In this document: piece after piece, positions 36,473 through 39,208 of the stretch | How positions within the stretch are numbered: the stretch's first letter is position 1 | How the letters are laid out: each line of letters starts with the position of its first letter | DNA from: Rhizobiaceae bacterium | GTDB lineage: Bacteria > Pseudomonadota > Alphaproteobacteria > Rhizobiales > Rhizobiaceae | DNA length: 39,208 bases | Reading direction: 5' to 3' | Assembly (NCBI GenBank): GCA_041749675.1 | Contig: JBGTAU010000058.1 | Location: 1 to 39,208 of the forward strand | The notes under the pieces: generated by a model | The model's input: only the letters and a program-made list of their open reading frames with translations | The model's database searches: none | Told to the model about the DNA's origin: nothing | Made by a program: the position numbers and the translations under genes

Positions 36473-38935
36473 ATGGCTTTCAAACGTCATATGGACCGTC
36501 TGCCGATCATTCCGGCTGATGCGAAAAAACATAATGTAACCTGCCACTATTGCATCGTCGGGTGCGGCTACCATGCCTACACATGGCCGACGAACAAGCA
36601 GGGCGGCATGGATGCGGCATCGAATGTGTTTGGTGTCAATCTTGCCGAACAACAACCGGCTGAGACCGACGCATGGTATTCGCCGTCCATGTATAATATC
36701 GTCAAGCAGAACGGCCAAGACGTTCACATTGTGATTAAACCCGACCATGAATGTGAAGTGAATTCTGGCTTGGGTTCGGTGCGCGGTGCGCGTATGGGCG
36801 AGCTTCGCCATTCAAGCGCTCGCGGTTCGCAACAACAACGCCTCACAGATCCGATGGTCTGGCGCTATGGTCAAATGCAGCCGACATCATGGGAAGACGC
36901 ACTTGATCTTGTCGCCCGTGTCACTGCGGCCGTCGTCAAGGATCAAGGTGAGGACGGGCTCTTCGTTTCGGTCTTCGATCACGGCGGCTCAGCTGGTGGC
37001 TATGAGAACACTTGGGGCACTGGCAAGCTCTATTTCGGCTCCATGAAGGTCAAGAATATCCGTATCCACAACCGGCCGGCCTATAATTCGGAAGTGCATG
37101 CGACGCGCGACATGGGCGTCGGTGAACTGAACAATTGTTATGAAGACGCCGAACTTGCCGACACGCTGGTTTCGGTCGGCAACAATCCGCTCGAAACACA
37201 GACCAATTACTTCCTGAACCATTGGATACCAAACCTTCGCGGCACTTCACTGAATAAAAAGAAGGAGCAATTGCCTGACGAAACCCATGCAAAAGCGCGC
37301 ATCATATTTGTCGATCCGCGACGCACAGTGTCTGTCAATGCGGCGGAAGCTGAGGCTGGCAAAGAAAATGTCATGCACCTTGCCGTCAATTCAGGCACTG
37401 ATCTCGTCTTATTCAATGCGTGGCTGACTTACATCAACGAGCAAGGTTGGACTGACAAGGCCTTTATCGAAGCATCGACCAAGGATTTGGACAAAGCGTT
37501 GGCGGCGAACAAAACTAGTTTGGAGGACGCTGCCAAAATCACGGGTCTCACTGTTGATCAAATCAAACAGTCGGCCGCTTGGATTGCAGAGCCAAAAGAC
37601 GGCAAACGTCGGCGCACAATGTTCGCTTATGAAAAAGGCCTTATCTGGGGCAACGATAATTATCGCACAAATTCCGCTCTCGTGAACGTGGCACTTGCCA
37701 CTGGCAATGTCGGTAGAGAAGGTGGCGGCTGTGTGCGTATGGGTGGTCATCAGGAAGGCTATGTGCGCCCGTCTGATGCCCATGTTGGAAAACCCGCAGC
37801 CTATGTCGATAAGCTCCTTATCGAGGGAAAAGGCGGGGTCCATCACATCTGGGCCTGTGACCACTACAAGACCACACTCAACGCCCACGAGTTCAATCGC
37901 GTCTACAAGAAGCGCACCGACATCGTGAAGGACGCGATGAATGCCGTGCCCTATGGCGATCGGCCAGCTCTCGTTGCTGCTATCGTCGCAGCAATCAAAG
38001 CAGGCGGTTTGTTCTCGGTTGATGTGGACATTATCCCCTCGAAAATTGGTGTGGCGAGCCATGTTTGGCTTCCTGCGGCAGAGTCTGGTGAGATGAACCT
38101 CACGTCAATGAACGGCGAACGCCGTATGCGCCTTGTCGAACGCTATATGGACCCTCCAGGTAATGCCAAGCCTGACTGCATGATCGCAGCAGGTCTTGCG
38201 CAACACATGGAGAAGGTGCTGCGTGAAATGGGCGACAACGCTTACGCGGACCAGTTCAAGGGCTATGATTGGAAAAGCGAAGAAGACGCCTTTATGGACG
38301 GCTATAACAAAAACGCCGGAGGCGGCGAGCACGTCACGTATGAGCGTCTCAAAGCAATGGGCAATAACGGCTTCCAAGAACCCGCCACAGGCTTTGCCGA
38401 CGGTAAAATCGTCGGAACAAAGCGGCTCTACACCGACGGCAAGTTCGGGACGAAAGACGGCAAGGCGACCTTCATGGAAGCCCAATGGCGTGGGTTGCAG
38501 GCTCCCGGCAAGGAAGAGCAGAAGAAGAACAATAAATACCTCATCAACAACGGTCGTGCCAACCAAGTGTGGCAGAGCGCCTTCCTTGACCAAGACAGCG
38601 AATTTGTCATGGACCGTTGGCCCTATCCGTTCATTGAAATGAGCCCGGACGATATGAGTGAGCTCGGTGTGAATAAGGGTGATCTTGTTGAAGTCTACAA
38701 CGAAAGCGGCTCAACACAGGCGATGATCTATCCGACACCATCGGCTCGAAAAGGCGAAACGTTCATGCTGTTTGGCTTCCCGACTGGCGTCCAAGGCAAC
38801 GTCATCAATGCGGGGACCAATGAATTGATCCTGCCAAACTACAAGCAAACTTGGGCAAACATCCGAAAAATTTCTGATGCACCTGAGGGAGTAAAGCACC
38901 TCTCGTTCAAGTCGCAGGAATACGCAGCGGGTTGA
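36473..38935 (+). CDS. aioA: Arsenite oxidase large molybdopterin subunit
   Basis: 820 aa. The N-terminal [3Fe-4S] motif CHYCIVGCGYH matches AioA, and the length and DMSO-reductase-family architecture fit. The RBS is GGGAGGA. Confidence 0.93.
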   Translation: MAFKRHMDRLPIIPADAKKHNVTCHYCIVGCGYHAYTWPTNKQGGMDAASNVFGVNLAEQQPAETDAWYSPSMYNIVKQNGQDVHIVIKPDHECEVNSGLGSVRGARMGELRHSSARGSQQQRLTDPMVWRYGQMQPTSWEDALDLVARVTAAVVKDQGEDGLFVSVFDHGGSAGGYENTWGTGKLYFGSMKVKNIRIHNRPAYNSEVHATRDMGVGELNNCYEDAELADTLVSVGNNPLETQTNYFLNHWIPNLRGTSLNKKKEQLPDETHAKARIIFVDPRRTVSVNAAEAEAGKENVMHLAVNSGTDLVLFNAWLTYINEQGWTDKAFIEASTKDLDKALAANKTSLEDAAKITGLTVDQIKQSAAWIAEPKDGKRRRTMFAYEKGLIWGNDNYRTNSALVNVALATGNVGREGGGCVRMGGHQEGYVRPSDAHVGKPAAYVDKLLIEGKGGVHHIWACDHYKTTLNAHEFNRVYKKRTDIVKDAMNAVPYGDRPALVAAIVAAIKAGGLFSVDVDIIPSKIGVASHVWLPAAESGEMNLTSMNGERRMRLVERYMDPPGNAKPDCMIAAGLAQHMEKVLREMGDNAYADQFKGYDWKSEEDAFMDGYNKNAGGGEHVTYERLKAMGNNGFQEPATGFADGKIVGTKRLYTDGKFGTKDGKATFMEAQWRGLQAPGKEEQKKNNKYLINNGRANQVWQSAFLDQDSEFVMDRWPYPFIEMSPDDMSELGVNKGDLVEVYNESGSTQAMIYPTPSARKGETFMLFGFPTGVQGNVINAGTNELILPNYKQTWANIRKISDAPEGVKHLSFKSQEYAAG

Positions 38936-38950
38936 TCAAAGCCGAACAAT

Positions 38951-38981
38951 CATCCGCCAAGGTTCTGTATCTTGGCGGATG
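38951..38981 (+). terminator. Hairpin after aioA (11-bp perfect stem CATCCGCCAAG / CTTGGCGGATG, 9-nt loop)
   Basis: Read directly, 16 nt after the aioA stop. It is followed by CTTCATT, a weak T-run. Confidence 0.5.
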
Positions 38982-39066
38982 CTTCATTCGCAAAGCTTGA
39001 TGCAGCACAAAATGCGCGCAAGACCTTTTCAGGATTCCATAAATTTATGAACGAGTTGAGGGTCAA

Positions 39067-39208
39067 ATGAGCGTTGTTATTGCCCTGAAAAACGAAGCAA
39101 TCGACCGCGATCCTATCGGAAATGTCATTGCGGTTGATATTGCCGCAGCCAAGTCCTTGTCCATTGTAAAAAAAGTAGCGGAGGTCGAGATTCTGCCTCT
39201 TATGGAGG
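39067..39208 (+). CDS. 3'-truncated ORF of unknown function downstream of aioA
   Basis: ATG 39067 is open to the window edge (MSVVIALKNEAIDRDPIGNVIAVDIAAAKSLSIVKKVAEVEILPLME...). There is no signal peptide, so it is not a c-type cytochrome. Too little sequence is available to assign it. Confidence 0.3.
   Translation, partial: MSVVIALKNEAIDRDPIGNVIAVDIAAAKSLSIVKKVAEVEILPLME

Noticed and set aside
37554-37566. An FNR-like sequence, TTGAT-CAA-ATCAA.
   Set aside because: The spacer is 3 nt instead of 4, and the sequence lies inside the aioA coding region.
1-39208. A search by eye for CRISPR arrays, tRNA/rRNA genes, IS elements or transposases, integrases, toxin-antitoxin pairs and classical defence genes.
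   Set aside because: I saw no regularly spaced direct repeats, no cloverleaf-like conserved tRNA segments in the intergenic gaps, and no ORF with DDE, tyrosine- or serine-recombinase, or nuclease/helicase defence motifs. Every ORF over about 100 aa that is not a shadow ORF is accounted for by the features listed above.

Overview
The window looks like a proteobacterial (probably alphaproteobacterial) multi-metal accessory region with no integrase, transposase, tRNA, rRNA or CRISPR array visible. From left to right it contains eight parts. (1) A periplasmic copper module: a 5'-truncated multicopper oxidase, a cupredoxin and a CusF-like protein, followed by a secreted hypothetical protein and a c-type cytochrome. 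(2) A translationally coupled small Cys protein / FixH-like / cusB / cusA operon with no cusC. (3) A TetR unit, an acyltransferase and an L,D-transpeptidase lipoprotein. (4) A divergent copA / csoR-cytochrome b561 unit with G5/C5-tract operators, plus a frameshifted Met/Cys-rich tandem-repeat periplasmic gene. (5) A plus-strand chain of start/stop-overlapping genes: small TM protein, DUF302, Tat multicopper oxidase, TM protein, GH144-like 'glucoamylase family' protein, TM protein, gnd and ackA. A perfect FNR/FixK-type box lies upstream of it. (6) A convergent minus-strand chain: DUF2933, DUF5676, a P1B-ATPase with a non-canonical CPD motif, SRPBCC, xfp, a histidine phosphatase and a circularly permuted ATP-grasp protein. 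(7) A canonical arsenite-oxidase locus, aioXSR-aioBA, with twin GTTCG-N6-CGAAC palindromes and a consensus sigma-54 promoter. (8) A partial ORF at the 3' edge. The most unusual feature is that copper-handling genes are physically and translationally fused to a 6PGDH / phosphoketolase / acetate kinase module on both strands. All functional calls rest on motif recognition in the supplied translations. No database search was run.
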